Part shown: piece by piece, positions 52,142 to 62,792 of the stretch | How the letters are laid out: every line of letters begins with the position of its first letter | How positions within the stretch are numbered: the stretch's first letter is position 1 | Source of the DNA: Mobula hypostoma | Taxonomy: Eukaryota | DNA length: 64,000 nucleotides | NCBI RefSeq assembly: GCF_963921235.1 | Contig: NC_086098.1 | Span: 1,240,001-1,304,000 of the forward strand | Direction: 5' to 3' | Made by a program: the position numbers and the translations under genes | Notes under the pieces: model-generated | The model's database searches: none | What the model saw: only the letters and a program-made list of their open reading frames with translations | Told to the model about the DNA's origin: nothing

Positions 52142-52424
52142 CCCTCTTCTACCTGACACATTAACAATGCCAGCAGCCTTTTTCCGGGCGCCGCTCTGCT
52201 CTATCCTGGACAGTCAGTGCCTCTCCCCACAGCTTTCTAACGGTATGTATAATCAGTGCCTCTGTTATTATTTATATACTCACTCCATTTGCCCGCCAGC
52301 TCCGTCTGTATAGGTCAAAACCACATCATTAACATGTTCTACCGCAACGATAGTCCGGTGTTTTAAACTGTTCGTTTAAGAAAAGAACAAATTAAATGAA
52401 CAGAGAGCGTGTGGGGGAGCGCAT

Positions 52425-53576
52425 TCACTGTACAGAAGTCTGAACTCCGTGATGTGACGGCGGGGTGTCCCTGGACCCATATACATCCTCGGCTCCGGGG
52501 TGGGCTCCTCCAGGAGGAGTCATCCGTTTCTCTTTTTGTCTTCTGTTACAAAACCAAACCCTAACCACCTCCTTCTCCAGCTGCAGACTGTCCGCCAGAG
52601 TGGAGATCTCCTGGGCCGAGGGCTTTGGGCACTTCAAAAAATGACTTTCCAGGGCCCCCTTGACGCTCACCTCTATAGAGGTCCGCTTTTTCCTCTTCCT
52701 GCCCTGGGCAGCGATCTTGTCTATGCTGGTGGGGCTCCCGGACGACGAATCGGCCTCCTCCAGCCACTTGTTCAACAACGGTTTGAGTTTGCACATGTTT
52801 TTAAAGCTTAACTGGAGCGCCTCAAACCTGCAGATGGTAGTCTGCGAGAAGACATTGCCGTACAGCGTCCCAAGAGCGAGTCCCACGTCGGCCTGGGTAA
52901 ATCCGAGCTTGATCCGCCTCTGCTTGAACTGCTTGGCGAACTGTTCCAGGTCGTCCGAGGTAGGAGTGTCCTCGTCCGAGTGCTCGTGACCCTGGTGCTG
53001 GTGCGGGTGGTGGTGGTGCGGCGGCGGGTGCTGCTGGTGGTGTTGGCTGTGGTCGCCGTGGTGGTGGTCGTCGTGGCCTTCCCTCAAGCCGTGGTGCATA
53101 CCTTGAGTCGAAGCCGGGTTGATCATGCCGTTGACCGTGAAGCCCGGCTGCGAGTAGATGAGGCTCTGCCCGTTGGATGCCATGCTGGGGATGTGAGCTG
53201 AAGTTGTGTTGCCCCACGCTCCGTGGTGGTTCCCATGCTGGTGCACCATATGAGGCGGCCGGTGGTGCAAGGTGCCCCCGCTGTGGAGTTCGTCCCTCCC
53301 CGACTGCACCGCGGGTTTGATGTCTTGCTGGCCGAGCGGACTGGCCGCCACGCCGGCCGACCACGGGGATCCCTCGGCGTGCGAGAGCGCCGTTAACCAT
53401 TGATGAGCATGGCTGAGAGGGTGCCCGTTGCTCTGCATGTAATCGTTCTGGACCAGTTTTTGTGCATCCCTGTAGGCTGTGCCTTGTTGCATGCTCCCCG
53501 GCTCGGCGTGCACGATGGAGTTGGAGGTGAGGATGTTGCCGCTCGTAATGTAATGATTAGATGCTGTGGTCGCCAT
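52425..53576 (-). CDS. POU3F2: POU domain class 3 transcription factor 2 (Brn2), intronless, 383 aa
   Basis: Starts MATTASNHY in a good Kozak context (GAGTCATGG) and includes [15 protein letters not shown]-specific domain [32 protein letters not shown]..., homeodomain [11 protein letters not shown]...[14 protein letters not shown]. The C-terminus [23 protein letters not shown] is characteristic of POU3F2 among POU3 paralogs. Confidence 0.95.
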   Translation of the reverse strand: MATTASNHYITSGNILTSNSIVHAEPGSMQQGTAYRDAQKLVQNDYMQSNGHPLSHAHQWLTALSHAEGSPWSAGVAASPLGQQDIKPAVQSGRDELHSGGTLHHRPPHMVHQHGNHHGAWGNTTSAHIPSMASNGQSLIYSQPGFTVNGMINPASTQGMHHGLREGHDDHHHGDHSQHHQQHPPPHHHHPHQHQGHEHSDEDTPTSDDLEQFAKQFKQRRIKLGFTQADVGLALGTLYGNVFSQTTICRFEALQLSFKNMCKLKPLLNKWLEEADSSSGSPTSIDKIAAQGRKRKKRTSIEVSVKGALESHFLKCPKPSAQEISTLADSLQLEKEVVRVWFCNRRQKEKRMTPPGGAHPGAEDVYGSRDTPPSHHGVQTSVQ

Positions 53577-53639
53577 GACTCGCGAAGCCGGAATGATCTG
53601 ACTTGTTAAACGAGCCGAGCCTTTGACAACTTGCATCGA

Positions 53640-54000
53640 GCCCGGATCTTTGGCAGCCAGCGCGAGCAGGGGGGAAAGCCGACGCTGCGCGCGCGCCGGC
53701 TCCCGGCCTCCAATTGGCTGCCTGCCTCTTGATTGATGTGAGGAACCATGGCAACCCAGGCCGGGGAAGAGCATCCCCGGCACGCGATTGGCGGCCGGGT
53801 CTGGTGGGGATTTCTTTGCCGGCTCGCTGGACCCATGCGGGCAGGGCGACCACGCGGAAGGAGGAAGCGTGGGGGTGGTGGTGGGGGGGGGGGGGAGAGG
53901 GAAAATGTTTCTGCCCCCGAAACAGGAATCACAACAAAAGCAGCAAAGTGAACAGTCGAGAGCTCCGGCGCCCGCTGCACTATCACAGCACTTGCAAGTT
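53640..54000 (-). promoter_or_regulatory. CpG-island promoter of POU3F2 with CCAAT boxes
   Basis: GC/CpG-rich. Palindromic CCAATTGG at 53710-53717, a minus-strand CCAAT at 53787-53791 and a G-tract at 53871-53901. Confidence 0.6.
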
Positions 54001-55327
54001 AAAGCCGCGTCGAACGGGGAAGGAAGCAGAGCCGGTACGGGAGCGGTGCCAAGTTGTTAACAACAGAAACACAGTCACAAGTACTGGGGGAAAAAGATCT
54101 CGAGAGCCCGCTGCCTTTTCAGAGTGGCCGCCGTGTTGCGAGAGAAAAGTATCTTCGCAAGTGACTTCCTCGGTACGCACTTCGCTCGCCCTCGGAGCTG
54201 AGACAAACCATTGCAACTCCTCCACAAATTTCCCCACGTTGCAACAATCAGAACACTTTCCAGTAATCAGTTCTTTTACTCTATAATATCGATTTTTCAC
54301 TCGCGCTTACTTGTTTAAAAAATAGCGTTTAAGTTCTCTCATCATGTTTGTCAAGCGCGTTATGTCAGGAACGGACGATCCGGCATTTAAAACAATTCAG
54401 CTGCTGCCAGGTGGTGATGCAAACTTGCTTAATCCGGATGGTTAAACTAAAATAATAATGCAATCGAGTGCATCCTTGTTCACGCACATTAACGAGGGAG
54501 GGTGGGGAAGGGGCCGGTTCTGTTTGTAGCACTGGCCTTTCCTGCATCCGACCTCCACTCCCCCCAAAATTAAACAAGCCGGTCGGCGACTCGCATTTAG
54601 ATTTCTATCGACTGCCTGAACGATTATGCGCCCCTACCTCCCTTCCTCTTCCTCGCCGCCAGAGCCAGACTGAGAAGGATCAGTCTTTCAGAGAGCGGGA
54701 TGAAGTGATTACTGGATTGATGGGAATACGAATAGCCACGGCTCTCCACGTTCCGGCGCGATCCGCTTTGAGCGGATATCAGTGCGAGTGTGGTGAGCTG
54801 TCCCGGGGAGTCGATCCCACCAGCCTCACGTCGCTGGTGAATAACGGAACCCACTAGAGTTTAAACCGAAACGCCGCCCAGTCCAGCGCTGAACTCAGCC
54901 CGTTTAACCGATTCAGTCCGAGACAATCTCGATGTCTTCAACCCTGGTATCAAGCCCATACTTCTGGGTTTGGAGCCAGGGGTCGCCTTCCTCGTCAGGA
55001 TAATCGCCAGGGCACCCAAGCCGCACCAAACTATTGCAGTTTCACAATTCCAGAGCCCAGCGCTTCCCATTTCCGGTGTAATTAGCTTCACCAATGAGTT
55101 TGCCGAGCTGTCACGTTGGTACAGTACTGCGAACAGCGTCACTGATGCTCAGCCTGACCCCGAGACAGAATGGGGGACACTCTCCTGAGCAATCGGGCTC
55201 GCCTTTGCAACTTTTTTTCTAACGGGGTTAAATTCCAGAGTAATCACGAAACAAGGACCAAAGTCCGTAAGGTGTTGAAGTATAATATGCGACCTGGCAT
55301 GCTGCGTGGGGAAGTATAACACATCTA

Positions 55328-55662
55328 GTTATTTACTTAGAGATACGGCGCAGACCAGGCCCTTCCGTCCCAGGAACACACCTGTTTAACCTAGTCTAAT
55401 CACAGGATAAATTACAATGACCATGAACCTACTAACCGGTACGTCTTTAGGAAACCCATGCGTACTCGGGAGAACGCACAGGCTCCCTACACAGGACGCC
55501 GGGATGGAACTCGAAACTCCGAATCCCCAAGCTGAATAGCAGCGAGAAGATCTGGCAGCTGGGGGGGGGGGGGGTCCTTGAAGATGGATGCTGCTTTCTG
55601 ATGGCAACACCCGCCCTTAACCTCCACACCTGCCACGCTACCGTTACTCTACCGTGGTGCTC
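55328..55662 (-). mobile_element. tRNA-derived SINE remnant (V-SINE-like) with CR1-like 3' end
   Basis: Minus strand has an A-box-like GGTAGAGTAACGG, a B-box-like GAGTTCCATCCC, then TGCGTTCTCCC..GCATGGGTTTCCT, and ends GAAGGGCCTG...GTATCTCTAAGTAAATAA. Confidence 0.55.
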
Positions 55663-55795
55663 CAGCACTGAAGGCATATTGGCCCGAATAAGCATCCAGG
55701 TAATGTGGGTGGGCGAGCACAACAGCCTATGGGTATCATAGCCCTATATCTAAACCTTCAATGGCCCGATGGATGTTCACATGTGTTATGTGTTA

Positions 55796-58700
55796 CATAG
55801 AACATAGAATAGTACAGCACAGTACAGGCCCTTCGGCCCACAATGTTGTGCCGACCCTCAAACCCTGCTTCCCATAAAAGCCCCCACCTTAAATTCCTCC
55901 ATATACCTGTCTAGTGGTCTCTTAAACTTCACTAGTGTATCTGCCACCACCACTGACTCAGGCAGTGCATTCCACGCACCAACCACTCTCTGAGTAGAAA
56001 ACCTTCCTCTAATATCCCCCTTGAACTTCCCACCCCTTACCTTAAAGCCATGTCCTCTTGTATTGAGCAGTGGTGCCCAGGGGAAGAGGCGCTGGCTATC
56101 CACTCTATCTATTCCTCTTATTATCTTGTACACCTCTATCATGTCTCGTCTCATCCTCCTTCTCTCCAAAGAGTAAAGCCCTAGCTCCCTTAATCTCTGA
56201 TCATAATGCATACTTTCTAAACCAGGCAGCATCCTGGTAAATCTCCTCTGTACCCTTTCCAATGCTTCCATATCCTTCCTATAGTGAAGCCACCAGAACT
56301 GGACACAGTACTCCAAGTGTGGCCTAACCAGAGTTTTATAGAGCTGCATCATTACATCGCGACTCTTAAACTCTGTCCCTCGACTTATGAAAACTAACAC
56401 CCCATAAGCTTTCTTAACTACCCTATCCACCTGTGAGGCAACTTTCAGAGATCTGTGGACATGTACCGGTAGATCCCTCTGCTCCTCCACACTACCAAGT
56501 ATCCTGCCAATTACTTTGTACTCTGCCTTGGAGTTTGTCCTTCCAAAGTGTACCACCTCACACTTCTCCAGGTTGAACTCCATCTGCCACCTCTCAGCCC
56601 ACTCCTGCATCCTATCAATGTCTCTCTTCAATCTTTGACAATCCTCTACACTATCTACAACACCACCAACCTTTGTGTCGTCTGCAAACTTGCCAACCCA
56701 CCCTTCTACCTCTACATCCAGGTCGTTAATGAAAATCATGAAAAGTAGAGGTCCCAGAACAGATCCCTGTGGGACACCACTAGTCACAATCCTCCAATCT
56801 GAATCTACTCCCTCCACCACCACCCTCTGCCTTCTGCAGGCAAGCCAATTCTGAATCCACCTGGCCAAACTTCCCTGGATCCCATGCCTTCTAACTTTCT
56901 GAATAAGCCTACCGTGTGGAACCTTGTCAAATGCCTTACTAAAATCCATATAGATCACATCCACTACACTACCCTCATTTATATGCCTGGTCACCTCCTC
57001 AAAGAACTCTATCAGGCTTGTTAGACACGATCTGCCCTTCACAAAGGCATGCTGACTGTCCCCGATCAGACCATGATTCTCTAAATGCCTATAGATCCTA
57101 TCTCTAAGAATCTTTTCCAACAGCTTTCCCACCACAGACGTAAGGCTCACTGGTCTATAATGACCCGGACTATCCCTACTACCTTTTTTGAACAAGGGGA
57201 CAACATTCGCCTCCCTCCAATCCTCCGGTACCATTCCCATAGACAACGAGGACATAAAGATCCTAGCCAGAGGCTCAGCAATCTCTTCTCTCACCTTGTG
57301 GAGCAGCCTGGGGAATATTCCGTCAGGCCCCGGGGACTTATCTGTCCTAATGTATTTTAACAACTCCAACACCTCCTCTCCCTTAATATCAACATGCTCC
57401 AGAACATCATCTTCACTCATATTGTCCTCACCATCATCAAGTTCCCTCTCATTGGTGAATACTGAAGAGAAGTATTCATTGAGGACCTCGCTCACTTCCA
57501 CAGCCTCCAGGCACATCTTCCCACCTTTATCTCTAATCAGTCCTACCTTCACTCCTGTCATCCTTTTTTTCTTCACATAATTGAAGAATGCCTTGGGGTT
57601 TTCCTTTACCCTACTCACCAAGGCCTTCTCATGCCCCCTTTTTGCTCTTCTCTGCCCCTTCTTAAGCTCCTTTCTTGCTTCCTTATATTCCTCAATAGAC
57701 CCATCTGATCCTTGCTTCCTAAACCTCATGTATGCTGCCTTCTTCCACCTGACTAGATTTTCCACCTCACTTGTCACCCATGGTTCCTTCACCTTACCAT
57801 TCTTTATCTTCCTCACCGGGACAAATTTATCCCTAACATCCCGTAAGAGATCTCTAAACATCGACCACATGTCCATAGTACATTTCCCTGCAAAAACATC
57901 ATCCCAATTCACACCTGCAAGTTCTAGCCTTATAGCCTCATAATTTGCCTTTCCCCAATTAAAAATTTTCCTGTCCTCTCTGATTCTATCCTTTTCCATG
58001 ATAATGCTAAAGGCCAGGGAGCGGTGGTCACTGTCCCCCAGATGCTCACCCATTGAGAGATCTGTGACCTGACCCGGTTCATTACCTAGTACTAGATCTA
58101 GTATGGCATTCCCCGTGGTCAGCCTGTCCACATACTGTGACAGGAATCCGTCCTGGACACACTTAACAAACTCTGCCCCATCTAAACCCTTGGAACTAAT
58201 CAGGTGCCAATCAATGTTAGGGAAGTTAAAGTCACCCATTATAACAACCCTGTTATTTTTGCACCTTTCTAAAATCTGCCTCCCAATCTGCTCCTCTGTA
58301 TCTCTGCTGCTACCAGGGGGCCTATAGAATACCCCCAATAGAGTAACTGCTCCCTTCCTGTTCCTGAATTCCACCCATACTGACTCAAAAGAGGATCCTG
58401 CTACATTACCCACCCTTTCTGTAGCTGTAATAGTATCCCTGTCCAGTAATGCCACCCCTCCTCCCCTTTTTCCGCCCTCTCTATCCCTTTTAAAGCACTG
58501 AAATCCAGGAATATTGAGAATCCCTTCCTGCTCTGGTGCCAGCCAAGTCTCTGTAATGGGCACTACATCATAATTCCATGTATGTATCCAAGCTCTCAGT
58601 TCATCACCTTTGTTCCTGATGCTTCTTGTATTGAGGTACACACATTTCAGCCCTTCTACCTTACTGTCTTCACACCATTTATTCTGCTTCTCTTTCCTCA

Positions 58701-58878
58701 AAGCCTCTCTGTATGTTAGATCTGGCTTTACTCCATGCACTTCTTTCACTGCTCTATCGCTCTGGGTCCCATCCCCCTCACAAATTAGTTTAAACCCTCC
58801 CGACCCATGCTAGCAAACCTACCTGCAAGGATATTGCTCCCCCTCGAGTTCAGGTGCAACCCATCCAATCTGTGCAGG
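55796..58878 (-). mobile_element. CR1 copy K: complete ORF2 and 3' tail, 5'-truncated in the end of ORF1
   Basis: Tail CATAGAACATAGAA on + at 55796. ORF1 ends DGLHLNSRGSNILAGRFASMGREGLN* (stop 58785-58787). Confidence 0.95.
55858..58794 (-). CDS. CR1 ORF2, APE endonuclease + reverse transcriptase, uninterrupted (no AUG before the EN domain)
   Basis: The 963-aa track ORF starts at a GTG and its frame is open up to and beyond 58794. Motifs YLNTRS, ITETW, GDFN, GDSDH, DFSKAFDKV, GVPQGSVLGP and KFADD. Confidence 0.88.
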   Translation of the reverse strand, partial: FKLICEGDGTQSDRAVKEVHGVKPDLTYREALRKEKQNKWCEDSKVEGLKCVYLNTRSIRNKGDELRAWIHTWNYDVVPITETWLAPEQEGILNIPGFQCFKRDREGGKRGGGVALLDRDTITATERVGNVAGSSFESVWVEFRNRKGAVTLLGVFYRPPGSSRDTEEQIGRQILERCKNNRVVIMGDFNFPNIDWHLISSKGLDGAEFVKCVQDGFLSQYVDRLTTGNAILDLVLGNEPGQVTDLSMGEHLGDSDHRSLAFSIIMEKDRIREDRKIFNWGKANYEAIRLELAGVNWDDVFAGKCTMDMWSMFRDLLRDVRDKFVPVRKIKNGKVKEPWVTSEVENLVRWKKAAYMRFRKQGSDGSIEEYKEARKELKKGQRRAKRGHEKALVSRVKENPKAFFNYVKKKRMTGVKVGLIRDKGGKMCLEAVEVSEVLNEYFSSVFTNERELDDGEDNMSEDDVLEHVDIKGEEVLELLKYIRTDKSPGPDGIFPRLLHKVREEIAEPLARIFMSSLSMGMVPEDWREANVVPLFKKGSRDSPGHYRPVSLTSVVGKLLEKILRDRIYRHLENHGLIGDSQHAFVKGRSCLTSLIEFFEEVTRHINEGSVVDVIYMDFSKAFDKVPHGRLIQKVRRHGIQGSLARWIQNWLACRRQRVVVEGVDSDWRIVTSGVPQGSVLGPLLFMIFINDLDVEVEGWVGKFADDTKVGGVVDSVEDCQRLKRDIDRMQEWAERWQMEFNLEKCEVVHFGRTNSKAEYKVIGRILGSVEEQRDLPVHVHRSLKVASQVDRVVKKAYGVLVFISRGTEFKSRDVMMQLYKTLVRPHLEYCVQFWWLHYRKDMEALERVQRRFTRMLPGLESMHYDQRLRELGLYSLERRRMRRDMIEVYKIIRGIDRVDSQRLFPWAPLLNTRGHGFKVRGGKFKGDIRGRFSTQRVVGAWNALPESVVVADTLVKFKRPLDRYMEEFKVGAFMGSRV

Positions 58879-58989
58879 TTACCTGGTTGTCTTTTGCTGC
58901 CTTACTTACTCAGTGCAGTCTCAGATGCTGAGATCTGCTGTCGTGCAAATACAGAGCAGGCAGTGGAAAACGGGTGGGAGTGCAGACTG

Positions 58990-59230
58990 GACGCTGGCAC
59001 AAGAAAGCAGCATCTGTCATCAAGGACCTGCACCATCTAGGCCATAGTCTCTTCTCACTGCAGCAATTGGGAAGGAGATACAGAAGCCTCAGGTCTCACA
59101 CCACCAGGATCAAGAACAGTCATTACCCCTCGGCCAGCAGGCCCTTGACCAGAGGGAATAACTTCACTTACCTCAACACTGAACTGATTCCACAACCTGT
59201 GGACTCACTTTCAATGACTCATTTTCTGAG
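58990..59230 (+). mobile_element. Rex1/Babar-like LINE 3' fragment
   Basis: Translation KAASVIKDLHHLGHSLFSLQQLGRRYRSLRSHTTRIKNSHYP. Confidence 0.65.
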
Positions 59231-59602
59231 CATTATTTCTTTATTGATTTATCTATCTGTCTGCTGGGAACCATCACTTTGTGGGACATTGCTCGGAGTC
59301 TTGGACCAAAAATTTTTTTTTATGTGACTATGTGCTTTTTTCTCCACTCTCGTTATTTTGAACGTTTTTGCACGTTGGCCCCCGAGGAACGCTGTTTCAT
59401 GCGGCAGTATCTGCATATGGTTTGAATGACAACTAAACTTGATTTGATATGATTTTGAACTATCTATCTATGTATCTGTCTATCTTTCCATCTGTATCTG
59501 TCTTATCTATTGATCTATCTATCAATCTACCTATATATTTATTTATTTAGAGAAGTACAGTGCAGAAACAGGCTCTTCAGCCCATCTAGTTCACACCCCA
59601 TT

Positions 59603-60975
59603 TAAGACCATAAGGCATAGGAGCAGAATTAGGTCATTCAGCCCATCGAGTCCACTCTGCCATTTCATCATGGCTGATCCCGGATCCCATTCAACACCAT
59701 ACACTTGGCCTCTCACCATATCCTTTGATGCACCAATCAGAAATCTATCAAACTCTGCTTTAGTTGTACCCACGGACTTGGCCTCCACCACAGTCTGTGG
59801 CAGAGAATTCCACAGATTCACCACTCTTTGACTAAAAAAAATCCTCCTTACTTCTGTTCCAAATGGGTCTCCCCTCAATTTTGAGGTTATGCCCTCCAGT
59901 TCTGGATACCCCACCATAGGGATCATCCTCTCCACATCCACCCTTTCTAGTCCTTTCAACATTCAGTATGTTTCAATAAGATCCCCCTGCATTCTTCTAA
60001 ATTCCAGTGAGTACAGGCCCAAAGCTGCCAAAATCTCCTCATACATTAACCCCTTCATTCCCAGAATCATCCTTGTGAACCTCTTCTGGACTCTCTCCAT
60101 AATGACAATACATCCTTTCCGAGATAAGGGGCCCAAAGCTGTTACTCCAAGTGCAGCCTGACTAATGTCTGATAAAGCTTCAGCATTATCTCCTTGTTTT
60201 TATATTCTATTCCACTTGAAATAAATAGCAACATTGCACTTGCCTGTGACTTCATTTTCTGGGAGTCTTGCACGAGGACACCTAAGTCCCTTCGTACCTC
60301 TGATGTTTGAACCTTCTCCCCATTTAGATAATAGTCCACACTATTGTTCCTTTCACCAAAATGCATTATCATACATTTCCCACCGCTGTATTCCATCTGC
60401 CACTTTTTAGCCCATTCTTCCAATTTGTCTGAGTCCTGGTACAATTGTATTGCTTCATCCACACTACCTACCCCTCCACCTATCTTCATATCATCTGCAA
60501 ACTCTTCTACAAAGCCATCAATTCCACTATCTAGATTATCAACAATGGGGAAAGTAGCTGTTCCAGTACTGACCCCTGAGGAACACCACTAGTCACTGGC
60601 AGTCAACCAGAAAAGGACCCCTTTATTCCCACTCGCTGCCTCCTGCCTGTCAGCCATTCCTCTATCCATAGGATTTTATCTTGTGAAGCAGCCTCCTGTA
60701 AGGCACCTTATCAAATGCCTTCTGAAATCTAAGTAAATGACATCAACTGTGTCTCCTTTGCCCACCCTGCTTGTTCCTTCTTCGAAGAATACCAACAGAT
60801 TTGTCAGGCAAGATTACCCTTCACAGAGCCATGCTGACTTTGATTATTTTATTATTCGACTTCAAGTACCATGAAACCTTGTTCTTAATAAGGTACTCCA
60901 ACATTTTCCAAACCACTGAGGTTAGGCTAACTGGCCTATAATTTCCTTTCTTTTGTCTTCCTCCATTTTCAAACT
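59603..60975 (-). mobile_element. Degraded CR1 copy L (RT to 3' tail)
   Basis: ORFs at 59591-59962 and 60142-60489. Tail is TAAGACCATAAGGCATAG on +. Confidence 0.85.
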
Positions 60976-60987
60976 GTCTACTCCCAT

Positions 60988-62608
60988 CATAGAAAACCTA
61001 CAGCCTAAATGGGCCCTTCGGTGCACAAAGCTGTGCTGAACATGTCCTTACCGTAGAAATTACCTAGGGTTACCTAGGGTTACCTAGCCCTCTATTTTTC
61101 GAAGCTCCATGTACCTATCTAGGAGCCTCTTAAAAGACCCTATCATATCTGCCTCCACCACTGTTGCCGGCAGCCCTTTCCAAGCACACACCACTCTGCA
61201 TAAAAAACTTACCCCTGAATCTCCTCTGTACCTACTTCCAAGCACCTTAAAACTGTGTCCTCTTGTGCTAGCCATTTCAGCCCTGAGAAACGGCCTCTGA
61301 CTATCCACACCATCAATGCCTGTCATCATCTTATACACCTCTATGAGGTCACCCCTCATCCTCCGTCGCTCCAAGGTAAAAAGGCCGAGTTCACTCAACC
61401 TATTCTCATAAGGCATGCTCCCCAATCCAGGCAACATCCTTGTAAATCTCCTCTGCACCCTTTCTATGGTTTCCACATCCTTCCTGTAGCGAGGCGACCA
61501 GAACTGAGCACAGTACTCCAAGTGGGGTCTAACCAGGGTCCTATATAGCTGCAACATTACCTCTTGGCACTTAAACTCAATTCTATGCTTGATGAAGGCC
61601 AATGCACTGTATGCCTTCTTAACCACAGAGTCAACCTGGACAGCAGCTTTGAGTATCCTATGGACTCAGACCCCAAGATCCTTCTGATCCTCCACACTGC
61701 CCATTAATGCTATATTCTACCATCAAATTTGACCTACCAAAATGAACCACTTCATACTTATCTGGGTTGAACTCCATTTGCCACTTCTCAGCCCAATTTT
61801 GCATCCCATCAATGTCCCACTGCAACCTCTGACAGCCCTCCACAATATCCACAACACCCCTATCCTTTGTGTCATCAGCAAATTTACCAACCCATCCCTC
61901 CACTTCCTCATCCAGGTAATTTATAAAAATCACAAAGTGTAGGGGTCCCAGAACAGATCCCTGAGGCACACCACTGGTCACTGACCTCCATGCAAAATAT
62001 GACCTATCTACAACCACTCTTCGCCTTCTGTGGGCAAGCCAGTTCTGGATCCACAAAACAATGTCCCCTTGGATCCTATGCCTTCTTACTTTCTCAATAA
62101 GCCTTGCATGGGGTACCTTATCAAATGCCTTGCAACTACTATTCTACCTTCATCAATGTGTTTAGTCACATCCTCAAAAAATTCAATCAGGCTCCTAAGG
62201 GATGACCTGCCTTTGACAAAGCCATGCTGACTATTTGTAATCATATTCTGCCTCTCCAAATATTCATAAATCCTGCCTCTCAGGATCTTCTCCATCAACT
62301 TACCAACCACTGAATTAAAACTCTCTGGTCTATAATTTCCTGGGCTATCTCTACTCCCTTTCTTGAATAAGGGAACTACATCCGCAACCCTCCAGTCCTC
62401 TGGAACCTCTCCCATCCCCATTGATGATGCAAGGGTCACCACCAGAGGCTCAGCAATCTCCTCCCTCATCTCCCACAGTAGCCTGGGGTACATCTCGTCC
62501 GGTCCTGGTGATTTATCCAACTTGATGCTTTCCAAAAGCTCCAGCACATCCCTTTTCTTATTATCTACATGCTCTAGCTTTTCAGTCTGCTGAAAGTCAT
62601 CCCTACAA
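60988..62608 (-). mobile_element. CR1 copy M (same subfamily as A/D), 5'-truncated, frameshifted
   Basis: RT ORFs span 61084-62619. 62490-62608 closely matches 16062-16180. Confidence 0.88.
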
Positions 62609-62792
62609 CCGACCTGCACTGGGAGTATAGCTCTCCACGTACCTATCCGAACTTCTCTTAAATCTTGAAATCGAGCTTGATTGCACCACTTGCACCGGTA
62701 GCTTGTCCCACACTCTCACAAACCTCCGAGTGGAGAAGATTCCCTCATGTTCCTCTTAAACTTTTCAGCTTGCAGCCTTAACCCATGACCCT

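Noticed and set aside
53577..53783. 452-aa version of POU3F2 from the ORF track
   Set aside because: That ORF starts at a GTG within the promoter-like region. Homology to POU3F2 begins at MATTASNHY (53576).
52500..54300. Overlapping and antisense ORFs across POU3F2 and its promoter
   Set aside because: Expected by-products of high GC content and codon bias, with no recognisable domains.
55858..58749. RT as a retron, DGR or group II intron system
   Set aside because: The APE endonuclease + RT architecture, esterase ORF1 remnant and microsatellite 3' tail identify a CR1-type LINE.
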